From: the human T2T-CHM13v2.0 reference genome, Homo sapiens
Assembly (NCBI RefSeq): GCF_009914755.1
Contig: NC_060925.1
DNA: 64,000 bases
Reading direction: 5' to 3' (one strand)
Part shown: positions 29,970 to 44,789 of the stretch, piece by piece
Layout: every line of letters starts with the position of its first letter
Position numbering within the stretch: position 1 is the stretch's first letter
Made by a program: the position numbers and the translations under genes
The notes under the pieces: generated by a model
Database searches by the model: none
What the model saw: the letters and a program-made list of their open reading frames with translations, nothing else
Told to the model about the DNA's origin: nothing

Positions 29970-32310
29970 CAAGGAAAAAATAAATCCATGCCTGGCTTCA
30001 GAGATCACTTAACTACCACCTTCCAGAATACTCTAAAGATCAGTGAAGAAGGTATCATAACTTCCCATAAAACAGAAGATAAGACAGTAGATTGTCCCTT
30101 CCTTCTAAATTACAAGAGCTTGCTAAGCACTTAGAAGATACTTTGGCTCAGAAAAAAAGAAAAAAAATTCAGACCACATTAACAGCTTTTGGGATTAAGC
30201 AATTAGATAAAGCCAAGAATGAGGGCACCTCTATGTCTAGTCTGCACAAAAACAACTTTCAATATTGTAAGGGACACTGGGAGAACACCTACTTTGCCTT
30301 TATTAGTGTATCTTAGAAAGACACAATCAAAAAAAAAAAAAAAAAAGGACAAACTGACAAAACAGCACCTCTCTGTGAAAGTAGCTGTTCTCATCTATCC
30401 ATAACTGCCCTTGACATAGAAAGTGAGAAATTTCTATGCAATTGTAAAAATAGAAGATTGATACTGGTGGTAGGTATATTATCTATCAAAAACCCTTCTA
30501 ATTTTCCATTATCCCTTTCTAGGAATAACCAAATGTCTCAGCGGTACACATATCAAATAATTTTCAGATTCTGCCTTTATTTTTCTTTTCTTTCTCTTGA
30601 ATCAACATATTTTTTGTTTAGTAATTCCACTTCAGTGCATCTGTTGAGAAGAGATCCACTTTGTAAATGAGATACCAGCATTAAATGTGCACCTGAAAGT
30701 CTCTTTCTGTAACTCCCAGGAGAAGAATGCCTGGCCTATAATTTGGTGGTAGCACCAGCTAATTACCTGATGCCTTTGTTATCAACATCTCTGACTTTGA
30801 ATGTGTCTCCAAGATCCTCTGGGGCAAAAACTGCTCAGATGTGGGATTCATACAGGATGCTAACCCCTTAAAGATGTCTATCAATCTGGCTATGCATTTC
30901 TTGAAACTGTCCCAAAATCTACTAAAAAGAACAATATTTAATAACTTGGTCCATTGTATCTACATACCTCTAGAAAGTTACCTCGCTTGGCATAACACCC
31001 CATTATCCCCTGTACCAGTCCTTGTAGTTCACTGTTCACTCTATCAAAATGATAAAAGACTTGTGTACCACTTTGTACAAGATTTAAGTGTCATTAACAA
31101 GATTGCACTCCCCCATTTCCCTGTAGTTCCCAACCCTAATATCATCCTACTGCCACTCCCTGAGGCAGCTGCTTAATTTATAGCAAATCTATACTTAGCA
31201 TTTTTTTCATATATTCTTGCACTCAGGCTCACAGTATCTTTTTTTGTTTCACTTGTGACAGTTATTCCCCAAGAGTTTACGACAATGCTTTCTTAATTCT
31301 CACAACTGCTTAACCATTACCTTACCATGGTAAGCACAACATGGCCTCCCTAAGATGTCCACATCCTAATCCCTGGAACCTGTGACTATGTTATGTTACA
31401 TGGCAAAGGGGAATGAAGACAACAGATGTGATTAAGTTTAATAATATGAAGTGAGAAAGGCTCAACTGGTCATTGCTGGCCTGGAAAATGGAAGGGGTCC
31501 ACAAGCCAAAGAATGTGAGCAGCCTCTGCAAGGTGGAAAAGGCAAGAAAATGGATTCTCTCCTCCAGAAGGGAATGCAGCTCTTGTTAACTTCTTAGTTT
31601 TAGTTCAATGAGACCCATTTCAAACTTTTGATATTTGGATGTATAAAGTAAGTTTGTGTGGTTTTAAGCCACGAAGTGTCTGGTCATGATTTATAGCAGC
31701 AATAGGAAACAAACTGAGCGATATTTAATTTCCCCTGTAAGATTCAACTGTTGTGCAATATGTGAATGATCATCTGTCACGTTCTCCAGATAGACTTGAA
31801 AAATTGATTCCCTCTATTTGTCAATAGTGGTAGCATACAATCGACATAAAGTCTCTAAATGTCAATTTTGTCAGAACAAAATGCTTTTTCTAGGACCTAA
31901 ATTCTAGGCTGTGACATTTTGCAAAATGGAAAGTCTTTTTCTCTTCAAAGTTTGGAAGCTCTTCATGACTTTCCCTGGCTAGTTGCTAAAAGTCAACTTA
32001 GAGAATTGCTTGGCCTCGTAGGATCAACAAGGATCCTTTGTTTCATAGGATCTCAAAGGTCATTAGATGTTTGAATCTTAGCTTTTGGGAACTGGCTATC
32101 CCTTTACATGATCTGATGAAAGTGGACACCCCTGAGTCCTTGCTCTGGAAAGATTCATTAGAAACTTTGTCATTTAAAGGAGGCCTGTTAGCCCTCTTTA
32201 CTCATATGCTCCTCAATTACTAAACATTTTTTTTCTATTTAGATATAAAAGATAGGGTTAGCTTTGAGTATTCTAACTCAGCAGCCCAATGGACATCAGA
32301 AACATTAATA
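29970..32310 (+). mobile_element. Decayed ERV1-class gag-pro-pol, interrupted by an MLT1 LTR
   Basis: Zinc-knuckle remnant QYCKGHW (ORF 30092). Protease IDTG (~30457) and HLLRRDPL. RT HNTPLSPV...YHFVQDLSVINK...PVVPNP (ORF 30841), QYVND (~31757, decayed YVDD), QLRELLGL (~31994) and LAIPLHDLMK. Confidence 0.85.
31327..31715. mobile_element. MaLR LTR (MLT1D-like)
   Basis: aagatgtccacatcctaatccctggaacctgtga...ttatagcagcaataggaaac. Confidence 0.82.
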
Positions 32311-32779
32311 CCCTGCTAATATTCCTAAAGTTACTTAATGAAGGTCAAACAACTAAGAGGTGAAAGAAATGGGATATGGAGCCAGGCAGTTTGACTCCAG
32401 AACCAATATCTTATTCACTAATTATTCAGCATCAAACCACGGAAACACTACACAAAACTTATGCTTTCATAAGAATGTGATCATGTAAAATATTACTTGA
32501 AATAGTCATCACTGACTAAGACATTTTTGCTTTCTTTTAAAGATAGGGATGTTCATTGTAATTTTAATGGAAATATATTTGCTATCTTACTGTTCTACTA
32601 ACATATGAGAAAAATATATTAAGTCACTCATACACAGTCATCACATTATTATAAAACACACCATCTCTAGGAGCTCAACCTAAAATTTAACCATGAAAAT
32701 TCCTATTTTGACTAGCTGAGTGTCTTGGTCATGTTTCTATGTCCCATTTTTCCTATGTGTAAAATGGAAATAGTGTTTT

Positions 32780-33262
32780 AAAAATATTTCATTTAAAAAT
32801 ATTATTCAGGACCATTAGTTTTTTTGGGTGCACACTTCCATGAATTTTAATGAAGAAACACCATCAGGATACAAAAGAGTTTCATCACCCCCACAGAACA
32901 CCCTCACGCTATCCCTGTATAGTCACATTCCCTTCCCATCCATTACCCTTGGCAATTGTCAACTTTTTTCTCCAAAACTATGGTTTGTCTTGTATAGTAT
33001 GTCATGTAAATGCAGTCTCACAGTTGGTAGCTTTTTGAGACTGGCTTCTTTCACTGGGCATGATATCTTCTTGGCACTTATCAATACTTTGTTCTTTTTT
33101 ATTGCTACATAGTATTCCTTTGTTCCACATTTGTCCATTTACTCACTTAGGGACATTTGAATTGTTTCCAGGTTTTGGCAGTAATGATTACAGCTGCTGT
33201 AAACCCTCATGTACAGGTTTTTGTGTAAACATAAATTTGCTTTTCTCTAGGGTAAATATCCA
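32780..33262 (-). mobile_element. Old L1M 3' fragment
   Basis: ggacatttgaattgtttccagg...acaggtttttgtgtaaacata. Confidence 0.7.
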
Positions 33263-35970
33263 GGACCGGATCAAGACATACTCAGGATTTTCTCAAAATA
33301 TGAATTTCTAGAATTCAGGAGACAGTTGGCTTAGTCAATTATCTTTGAAAGGATCCTATAATATGGTATCTCTAAGAAAAAGGGAACTTAGTAAAAGTTT
33401 CCATGATGATGCTACCAGAGACCAATGAAGGAGCAACGAGCTTATTGTAAACAGTAAAGTTACTGTATTTGTTATCTTCCCCTGGGTAAAATAATTCTAT
33501 TTCGTCTGAAATGTAGTTGCCATATTTTTTGTCTTCACAGTCAAAGAACATAATGTCCCTCTATGGTAAACTTTAAGATAATGTATCCCATGGTACAGGG
33601 CAACAACAGTTAAGTAAACACCACTCAGGACAATGGTGAGCTTAGAGGAAACATAGTATACACATCTACATGGCGAAAGCCAATACTTTTTTTTAAAGCC
33701 TCTTTTGAGCATAATAAATGTTAATTGGTTTAGATATTTTAGCTATGTCTTTCTGAATCCCTCAGAATCTTATTTAGTTACTGACAGAAGAAAAGTCTTC
33801 AAAAAAAAAAAAGATGTGGATTATATCAATAAAAAATAAAACTATTTTTTTTTCCTCAAAAAGGGGCTATTAGACATAAGATACAAGGATCAGTCACCTT
33901 CTCATTAACCTCTCAAAATGAATCTATTTCAGGCCAGGCTTGAAAATGTTTTCTCTCTAAAAACTACCATGCAGTCTAACAGTTAATTGTTATTCTTATC
34001 AAAGAATGACCCACATTAACATTTACTTGGGGTTATTAGCATATTTATTAAAAAAGGGAGAGAAATGAGCATTCTTTCCTCTTCTGCTGTTTGTTATGGG
34101 GTGTTATGGAAGAAAGTCATGAGAAAAAAAATAAAGTACGTATTTACCAATATTTCAGGCTAATCCATAAATATCAAAATGCCTATACCCATCTTGGCCT
34201 TGAACTGGCAGACTAGTGACCAGATTTAAATCACATTTAGATGCAACAGGATTTGGGACCATTGCGCTTTTTTCCCCCTCAGTGTAACCAGTGTTAAACT
34301 AGTTAACAAAGACCACGGGGCTGAGGACAGAGGTCACAAAATAATCTCTTCATTTAGGTACAGTGGGATTAATGATTGGAGCAAAACACTCTTTGATTAT
34401 TTCATGAGATTGCTTTTTTCCTTTTCTCTTGACACCAGGGTATGCATTCTAATGCTATGAAAAATGAACTATTTAAAAAAGAATCAAAATTTGGGGCATG
34501 CTCAATGGTTTGGTAGATATTAAAATGCTTTAGGTGTGCAGAAACATGTATTTATACATACAGACAATACATATTTTTTAAATCCTTGGTCTAAAAATTA
34601 ATTATTAAAGGCTTATATAATATCAATGACAACTTCTGAGCTTCCATGAGTTATTTCATTTTTAAGAAAAATGTTAAATTTTATTTTGAAACCTAACAAA
34701 AGTAGATTGTGCTGTCGGTTCAAAATCTGACTACTTATGTTAGCATTGAGAAAGTCACAGGCCAGTCTCCTGAGTTAGCAGCAGTGAAGATGTAACTAAG
34801 AATTTTTCATTAGTTTTAAGGGACAGAGGATATTTTGTAGAGTTTGAATAGTTTGTTGCAAATCATAACATAAAAATTTTAATGTGATGTGGAAATGAAA
34901 ACACTATTACTTAGTTCCATGATCAACTTGGTCTACTGGTGTGAAGAATGGTAGGAATTGAACAACACAAAACGTCCATCTGATCACTGTAATTATAATT
35001 TTATAGCAATGATTTGTAATCAAGGGCAGATATGAATCATACATGAAAACTCCCCAAATTTAAGTTACTTCGAGAAAGTAAAGCATTTAACAGTATTTGA
35101 TCCATTGTTGACATCGTGAGCTGTAGTATGAAGAAGTTTAACAGTTTTCTACAAAATCCTTATTTCCATATATATTTTTACTTTTTCTTAAGTGGAAAAT
35201 CTGGTTTACTAGAACTTATTCAATTTTGAAATATTTTTGATAGAGAATAAGAAATAACAGCACTGCTATACAAACTTTTTTTTTCTATTAATTATAAGGA
35301 AAAATAATGAGTGAAGGTTCTCTGCCTTGAGAAAACTTGAGCAGTATTTAATCAGGACACCTGAAACCACCTTTGCAAAAATTATGACAGTAAGAAAATC
35401 CTGACACTGGAAAATTATGACAGTGAAAGAAATGTGACCTAACCAATTCCATCTTGCTTCTAGCCTACAAGCTACCCTGTCCATTCCTGGGCATAGGCCA
35501 AGATAACTATGAGAGGTGTTTAGTTTAACTTCGAAACACTGATGATAGTCCTTTCCTGAAACAAACTTGCTCCTTGCTTGGGGGGCAGAGCACCTTTATA
35601 AAATTAACAAATTAGCCACAAGGAACTACGGCTTAGGTGTTCATGGCACCAGAGGCCACATGATTCCTAACCTTCCCAACTGCTTCCATAGATAACATCA
35701 CTATTGTAAAACCTAAGATTGGTGTTCAACGTATTTTTCACACTCTTTATTCTGAGGGACCAGCTATTTTTCACACTCTTTATTCTGAGGGACCAGCTAG
35801 TATCACCCAGACCAGTAAACTGGCTCATCTGATCCTATAGTCCCCATCCAGGAACTGACTAAGGACAAGAAGACAGCTCTGACTCCCTATAATTTTATCC
35901 CCAACCAATAAGCATTCCTCATTCCCTAGCCCTATGCCTACTGCACTATCCTAAAAAAAACCCTAGGCTG

Positions 35971-36317
<347 letters not shown>

Positions 36318-36324
36318 CCCCTAG

Positions 36325-36628
<304 letters not shown>

Positions 36629-38080
36629 ACAGACCCTAGGTTTTGAATTTTCTGGGAGACTGTTTTGAGTAAAACCTCCTGTTCTGCTTAGCTGGCTCTG
36701 CATTTATTAAGCTCTTTCTCTGTTGCAATACCACTGTTTTGGTAAATTGGCTCTATCTGTGCAATGGGCAAGATGAACCCATCAGGTGATTGCACGCCTT
36801 CTATATTTGCTCCAGTATTTTGCAAAACAGACACTGGGTTAGACAGTGTCTCATTTCACATGCCTTGGATGGATATAGTTATACTGAACATAATTTACAG
36901 GAACCAGACGTTGGGCATAAATTTCACCCTAAACTAGATATCTCAAAGTATTCAGCTTTCCTATGGCCTCCAAAAAACTTGGCTTTCTTGTCTTTCTCCT
37001 ATATCCATTTCCTGCTCTTTAAAGAAGATATCAGTATCAAACTTAAGTAGTAGAAAAAAGTTTGTATTCTCAATTACTTTTGTATTCTCAATTACTTTTG
37101 CAGGATAAATTGTAACTGACAGTGGTAGTAATGAAGAAGTTTAGAAGTCTTAAATAGTCCTTTTAAAAAAATTGTCAAAAGAGGTTGATGCTTTTTGGTT
37201 AAAGAGGCAGTAAAGTACACAAAAGAGCATAGATTTAGGAGAGACATACTTATATTCACATTTTAGTTCTTTCACTTCTATGCACATCTGTGAATCTGGA
37301 TATGTTATTGATCCTCTCTAAAACAGTTTCCTTACTTGTAAACTGCCTTGTATAATACAAATTTCCTGGAGTTGTGAAGATTCTATAAGGTATCCCATGT
37401 AAAGTCTTCAATACAGAGCCTGCGAGAGACTTGGTACTTTAAAAATGGCAGTTATTATTAGCATCATTCCCAATTATATTCACTAGGCATTGTTTTATGT
37501 AGTTGAAATTTGGAGCAAAATGGCTAGCTAAGTTGGCTAATACTAAAAAGGGATGAAGGAAAAAATCCAGTTTGCTACCCTTTGCAGCATTCTTCCTTCC
37601 CTTGCCTGACTTATGATGAGAGAATATTGCCAGTGGCCTAGAATTCTCAGACAAATGAAATTTGCAGTTGCGATCTATCCAAGAACAATGCATGTGTAGT
37701 TCAGATTAGAAATGGAGGAAGTGGGGAACAGCTTCATGGGGTGGAACAGTCAGCAATTCACATATTTAATAGTGAAAATATATAGTCATGTTAATAAAAA
37801 AAGCCACAAGATAAAAGGAGTTAGCCAGATCTCCAGATTTATTTCTTTCTGTAGTAGATATTGTAAATTCCTTCTGTTCTCTCGTTTTCTAATATTTAGC
37901 CTTGCTTATATTTTAACAAAGCAGAAGGAAGAAACAATATTTAGAGCAGGCCATTGGCTATGTGTTTATGGTTCAATTTTTGTTGAGAGGGAGGTGTTTG
38001 AAATAGTTCACTGACATGAACCACGTGTTTATGTTTTCAGGTTCCCATAGTTTTTGAGTACACCTGGAAATAACCCTCAC

Positions 38081-38249
38081 CTGGTAGAATTCTAGCGTAA
38101 TACCCAGAGCAGCACTGATGATTTGGTTGTGCCTCCTGTATTCGGCCACCACAACAAACTCCAGTAGAATTCAGAACAAACGGGATATACTTTTCTTCAC
38201 AACAGCGATGTCCAGGCTTGGGGTTATAGAGCACTCCGTTACAACAAAC
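38081..38249 (-). CDS. USH2A: Usherin exon 49 (169 nt, phase 0-1): VCCNGVLYNPKPGHRCCEEK...QCCSGYYARILP(G)
   Basis: ctttcag|GTTTGT and CAG|gtgagg. ORF 38037-38234. Four CC doublets. Confidence 0.97.
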
Positions 38250-38479
38250 CTGAAAGTTTGAAAACAGTTTTAAAGAAATATCAGTTTAGTTAAGAGTGTT
38301 ATACCACTGTATCTCATGTAATATAATTATTTTCTTGTAAGGCATAGAAGATCTGAGACCATATTACTCATATTTCGTTGGTTTAAAAATGTATTTTCCA
38401 GGATCATTCGAATTTTATAAATGTTATTTGATAGAATGCAGCTTTTTTGAAGTCTTCAACCATGCTTTGTGCTCTATTA

Positions 38480-38715
38480 TAATACTATATAATATAATAT
38501 GTATTTAATTATATAAAATTTTAATTTTATATCTTTTATTTTATTATATAAAATTTTAATTTTATATAATAAAAGATATAAGATGTATATCTTATATCTT
38601 ACACATACACATATGTATATATACATAAGATATAGATCTTTTATTATATAAAATTTTATAATAAAAATAGATATATTTAAATATATACATTTTTTATTAT
38701 ATAAAATTTTAATAA
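38480..38715. repeat. AT-rich low-complexity region with palindromes
   Basis: A ttatataaaatttta core recurs four times. Inverted repeat with 16-bp arms at 38539-38574. Confidence 0.85.
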
Positions 38716-38901
38716 TGCCTTAAACAAAGTCTTATTGTTGGGATTAAAGAGGCAACACAGGTATTGCAGTGAAAGACAACAGAAGAAGTTAATTAAATTT
38801 AAAAAATTGTAAATTTCATTTGGGGCTAGGTATGAATATATATTTTCTAGCATGAAAGATTGGAGAGAAGTAGGAAAGAGACTTTTATTGTAGGTCTAAA
38901 G

Positions 38902-39295
38902 GCGAGTGAGTTCTCACGAGATTTGATGGTTTAAAAGAGTGTGGCAGCTCTCCCCTTCGCTCTCTCTCCCTCCTGCCATCACATGAAGAAGGTCCTTGCT
39001 TCCCCTTCACCTTCCGCCATGATTGTAAGTTTCCTGAGGCCTCCCAGTCATGCTTCCTGTTAAGTCTGCAGAACTGTGAGTCAAACCTCTTTTCTTCATA
39101 AATTACCCAGTCTCAGGTAATTCTTTATAGCACTGTGAAAACGAACTAAGACACCTGGGAACATGTTTAGAAATGCAAATTTTCACAGCCAAATCTAAAC
39201 CTACTGAATCAGAATCTCTGGGACTAGAGCTATGAAATCCTAGGTTTTAACAATTCCCCCAGGTCTTACGTTCACTGGGATTTGTGAACCATGGC
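38902..39295. mobile_element. Partial MaLR LTR (MSTA/THE1D-like, to ~39152) abutting a MER5A-like fragment
   Basis: ccatgattgtaagtttcctgaggcctccc...aaattacccagtctcagg, then ttagaaatgcaaattt...cctactgaatcagaatctctgg. Confidence 0.82.
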
Positions 39296-41341
39296 TGTAA
39301 TCTTATGGTAAAGCTTGTTTAAGTATTTTGGGAAACATTGATGTTTACAGTGATTTAGCCAAAAAGCTTTTAAACCCGCAATACAAGTCTCTTTTCTACT
39401 TCTCTCCAATCTTTCATGCTAGGAAATGTGTATTAGTACCTAGTCCCAAACTGAACTTTACAATTTTTTTTTTGAAATTTAACTGACATCCTTTATTCTC
39501 TTTTACCGCAATACCTGTGTTGCCTCTTTAAGCTCAACAATAAAAATAAGACTTTGTTTAAGGCATCATTAAATAGTGTGTCTCGTTTTAGTGTAATAAG
39601 GTATGACATTTGCATTATAAGAATAACCAAATGTGATGTTTCTTTTCAAGACTATGTGGTGAGATTTGCACACGCCTGTTTTCTAAAGCCTAACTTTTGC
39701 TTCCCTATTCATCAATTTACATTTATTTTCTATAAAAGGTGACCCGTATGATTTTTTTTTTTTTGTAGAGTAGATTTGTCTAAATCATTTTTAAATTGAT
39801 TTAAAATTAAACTAACCGGTTCTTTGTCATTCACTGAATTTAGGAATGTTACACCAACCAGTCACTTATTTGGTACAAAGCTTCAGTAAATTTTTAAAAG
39901 TTACAAAAAGCGGTTTCTGAAATCACAGCATAAAGAAAGGTAGGAGTAATTTTATAAATAATTTAGCCTAAACATAGGTAAATATTATTCTGTTAATACT
40001 TTATTAATATTTTTCTTCATCCCATTACTTTTTCTTCACCCTATCTCAGGTATATTCTAATTTAATATGAACATTTTAAGAACATCCACCTTTTGATCTT
40101 TTAGAATAAACTTAAATGGAAACATTATCTTTACTAGTTTTACTCTACTTAGCTTTGATTTTGCCACTAAAGTTATAGGGTTGAAACTTATCAAATCCAT
40201 TATACACACCTAAACTACTATGACAGTTTCTGGCCAGAATCAGTTTTTACTTTGATGGAACACATTGTTTTCTGCACTCCACAAACTTTAAATCATTTAT
40301 TCGTATGCCTATACAACTATTCTCTCTTTGTCCACTTCGTAACAGATAATAAATATTAAAATAATAGAAGCAAAGAAAAAAATTGAGAAGTGAATTCCGT
40401 ATTTTGCCAACATTTTCCCAAGTTTTTCTTAAGTGGAGGATATGTTTAATGGGCAAATTTATTTTAGTATTTTTCTTCTCAGAAATCCCAAATTTAATTT
40501 TATACAAATATGTTCATCAGATGTGTGTATTTAAATATGTGCATACTTAATGGCATAAAATGATGTCAAATGTAGGCATAATGATAATTTTAGAGTCTAA
40601 GTATCAAAAAATGCACAGTTAGTAACTGCTGGCTTTATGCATTTCTTAGATGATAACTCCTGCTAAATTTGTGTCAGCCATAATAATTTGTATTTTGATC
40701 CATATTGCTTCAGTAACTCACTTTCTTAATTATGGTGTTCTTTTGCAGTAAATCTTATAAATTTAGTAGTAGCTTTAGCCATTGAATGTGTGATGCTGTT
40801 GTTGCCAAATAGGAACATTATTTCATTATATAAAATTCTACCTTCAAACTAAGGATTTTGTGTTGTTTGTCAATAAAAGTCATTTACAAACTCCTCTGTC
40901 TGGCTGTATTATTGATCTGATTTCTAAACCGCATCTAATATGAACATTAATCTACAAATGACTATAATGCTAAAATATTTCTGACAAATCATAAAATGTC
41001 CTCCTCACAGTTACTCATCAGTGCCATATAAACAAACACCTATTTGTAGCTGAAAAGATCTGTTGTAAAGAAAATTTTAAGTCACTCAATCAAATAAAAT
41101 TTGGGATGTACCCTATTCTAATAAGTTTATATTTCTTGTGAAGATAATAAAAAATGGGAAGGCTAAAGTGCTCATGAGGGTGATAGTGATTTTTGTAAGC
41201 ATCCTTTCTTTTCCGTGGAGTCTTCTTCATAGAGTAGTGGAAATATTGATCATAATACATCATGGTGTGAGAAGCTAATAATTTCACTTGGAGTCTTGAG
41301 TGAGAAAAACATGGTTCACTGATTAGTTAGAAAAGACTTAC

Positions 41342-41540
41342 CTTAGCTTCAGAAGAATAGCAAATGTGTCCACAGATAGATTCAGGTTTTTGACACCTCA
41401 CTGCCTTGCAGAGCTCATCACTCTGATCCTGCACTAACTTTTGAGTTTTAGCGCATGGATACCATGTTTTCCATAGGAGATCATATCCAAGAATGATGCC
41501 ATTTGGCTTCCGTGGAGACACCCAATCAATTTGAAGAGAT
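41342..41540 (-). CDS. USH2A: Usherin exon 48 (199 nt, phase 2-0): SLQIDWVSPRKPNGIILGYDLLWKTWYPCAK...CGHICYSSEAK
   Basis: ctctctgttgcag|ATCTCT and AAG|gtaagt. Overlaps ORF 41327-41521. FN3 motif W-x2-P-x2-PNG-x4-Y. Confidence 0.97.
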
Positions 41541-42167
41541 CTGCAACAGAGAGAATAATCAATACTTCTGAAAAGACACTATTTAACATTGATGCTATCA
41601 GTCTTAAGTAAAAAGTGGCAGCAATAGATACTAATATATATATATAATTATATATGTTTATATATGAAATCATATATTTTCAAATCAATCAAAATTATGT
41701 TAGCTTTTGGAAGAATAACACATGGCGTGAGGTGGTTTATTACTTTCAGTTTCAAAGACAAGAAGCAAGTGTCACTATGGCTAATCAAGAAAATCAGAGC
41801 ATTTTGTTTGGTAAGCAAAGATAAGACATACATGACTTGGTAAACAAGGTGACAATTAGAACATGTGGCAACTTAATGCCTACTTCTAACCTGCTTCTCC
41901 TTTGCCTTACTTTACCTAGGAGTTGTGATATGAAACATAACTGCTCAGAGATGCCACGGGAACACCATGATGGGACTCCTATGGAGGTTCCTAGGAAATT
42001 TTAGCTTTCTTGAAAGAGCTGCCACCTTCTCCTTTTCTCTTTCTTTCCGCTAAACATGATGTCTACAACTTCAGCAATCATCTTTCAGTTATTTGAAAAG
42101 GCCAAAACAATCACAAAGATGCCGCCATTATATTTGGCATTGGTTCACCAATGCCAACAACTATCCA

Positions 42168-42602
42168 CAGCGGACTCTTGAACAAAATAAATTTGAACTG
42201 TGCAGATCCACTTACATGTAGATTTTCTTCCACCTCTGCCACTTATGAGACAGCAAGGCCAACCTTTCCTCTTTCTTCTCCTACTTAGCTTACTCAATAT
42301 AATGATAATGAGGATGAATACTTTTATGATGATCCACTTCCACTTAATGAATAGTAAATATATTTTCTCTTCCTTATGATTTTCTTAATGAGATTTTCTT
42401 TTCTTTAGCTTACTTATGGTAAGAATATAGTATAAATATATATGCAAACTATGTTTTAATCAGTTTTTTATGTTATCATTAAGGCTTCTGGTCAACAGTA
42501 GGCTATTAGTAGTTAAATTTTGGGACAGTCAAAAGTTATATGCAGATTTTCGACTGGGTGGGGATCAGCAGTCCTAACCCTTGCATTGTTCAAGAGTCAA
42601 CT
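42168..42602 (+). mobile_element. Tigger2a (MER28-like) non-autonomous DNA transposon, within an old MLT-like LTR
   Basis: Terminal inverted repeats cagcggactcttgaaca ... tgttcaagagtcaact. About 435 bp. Confidence 0.85.
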
Positions 42603-44789
42603 ATATATCTAGAGCTATTTACTTAAGTCTCTTTTGTCAGGTGTTTTGTTACTTGCAGTCAAAATAAATGCCCAAATTGAGAAATTTTATAGTCACTAAC
42701 TTATTTAAAACATACTTTGCTTAATTTTTTGACTCATCTAAATAGATTCTTTTTTTTTTCAATAACTCTTTAACTAGCATGGTCTGAAATGATTTTTGGT
42801 GAAAAATATAGAACTTAAAGATTCCCGTAAGAAATATGTTTACATTGTCATGTTCTTAAAGAAAATGTTTGATTTTAAAAAATTGAGTGATAATTTCAAT
42901 TTAAACCCAAGTAGAAAGTTTTTATGAGAGGCAGGGTTTGGTATACAATGAAGGTATAACATCTGATCAAAACTTTACTGCATTTTCAATGATCTATTAA
43001 TATTTCATTTGCTGTAGCAAATGAGGTCATAACATAAAGCTGTTCACAGAGGAGACAACCCTGAATAAAATGATTTAGTCTCAGGTTAATGTTACAGAAC
43101 TTAAATTCTGCACTTAGGTCTACTTGCCAGAAAAATACTGCCTAGACCACACATCTATGCTATCTTTAGTATTTGCTTAATAATCTCTATAAGAAGACAG
43201 TAGTTAAAGTTTTTAATAAAGCCCCAGAGATTTGAACATGACATATTCTTGCAGTGTAGCACAGCAAAGAAAACCTCCTTTTTGTGAAACACAAGGTAAA
43301 TATAAAAATTATAATGATTTTTTTGTTCTCATTGTTTTTAAAAAAATAGGTGAAGCTCTGACATTCAAGATTAGTTCTTTTTTATGATTCTAGAATTTCT
43401 AGCCATAAAAATTAACTAATCACAAATATGTGTAGCGTACATTTTACATATAAAGCATTAGCATTCCCATATATACTTTGGAATAAAGCAAGCACATAAG
43501 AACCTTGTCCTTCTATTTCAAAAGTTAAGCAATAAAAATCTCACAACTTATGTTGGATGCTTTTTTGCTATCGTGTAAAATAACATTTCAACTATCCCTT
43601 TCATTTTAAGGTAAAATATGTCTTTGCAGGCCAAATTACTGGACCCTATCAGAATTCCAAGTGACATCACATATTAGGAATTCAATGAAGCCCAAATATT
43701 TATGTTAAAAAGCGGCAGTCAAGATAAACCTCAACATTTTCATAGACTGCTAAAAAAAGAAAACTATTATTTCAGTTTTGTGGGGGTACAAACATAACAC
43801 ATTCAGTAATAAAACTCTGTAGATAGGAAATTAATGTCACCTATGAGAGAACAGTTTCATAGATGACTTGTACAGCCACAGCTATTATTCTGAAGTTTTT
43901 ATCAAACTTTCAAAATTAATTCCACATTCTGCAGATACCTTTTGTATTCTCTGCATAATCAACTACAGAAAAGATTACATTTAAGTGACATTCAAGAGTT
44001 TGACTTATCCACAAAAGCTCGTGAACTAGTAAAGTCTAGAAAATACCACGTAGAGCACGTTCCATGCCATTATAACTTCCCTTTCTTGTGCAACATAACT
44101 GTTAAGTGAGACCGCCTATATTTTCGGCAAGAACATGAACAGTTTGCTTTTGAGGATTTAATCAAGTACACGAAGGAAAATGATTAAGAAGAGTATTGGG
44201 TTTAACATCTGTACATCTCTCATTAGAGCCAACTGGAGAGACAATTGAAACTCCTTTGGTTGCTGATCTGAAAATGAAAGGCATCTTTGAGAAATATGCA
44301 TCATTATTAGCGGGATTAATAGTTTCATTGCTTTGATGTTTAAGAGTAAAATAGAAGGAACATTCTTCAATCCCAGGAATAAATGTTAAATATTGGAGAA
44401 AAAGAGCTGAAGATACTTTTGGGCACTCATGCATAAACATAAACAGATTGCAAATATTTGAATGAATTTTTTTTGGTAGATTTGTTCATGAAATAACTGT
44501 TATAGTTTTTTTTAGATTTTAAAGTAATAGGAACTGAAATTTAAGATACCTTAATACAACTTCTGATAAAAGTCACCATGTCTACACACATTTTTTTCTC
44601 TCTCAAATGTTTGGGTTACATTTTCTCATTCCTTCACACACACACACAGCCCACATACACACAACATTGTGGATTATACTTTGCAAAGTCTCTAGGTTGA
44701 ATTGTTTTCCTCTGAAAGTAACAGGCTTTACTAGCAGTCAGTTAAATTACAGGTGGATTACAATCTTGGGGAAGCCTGGAGTTTAAAAA

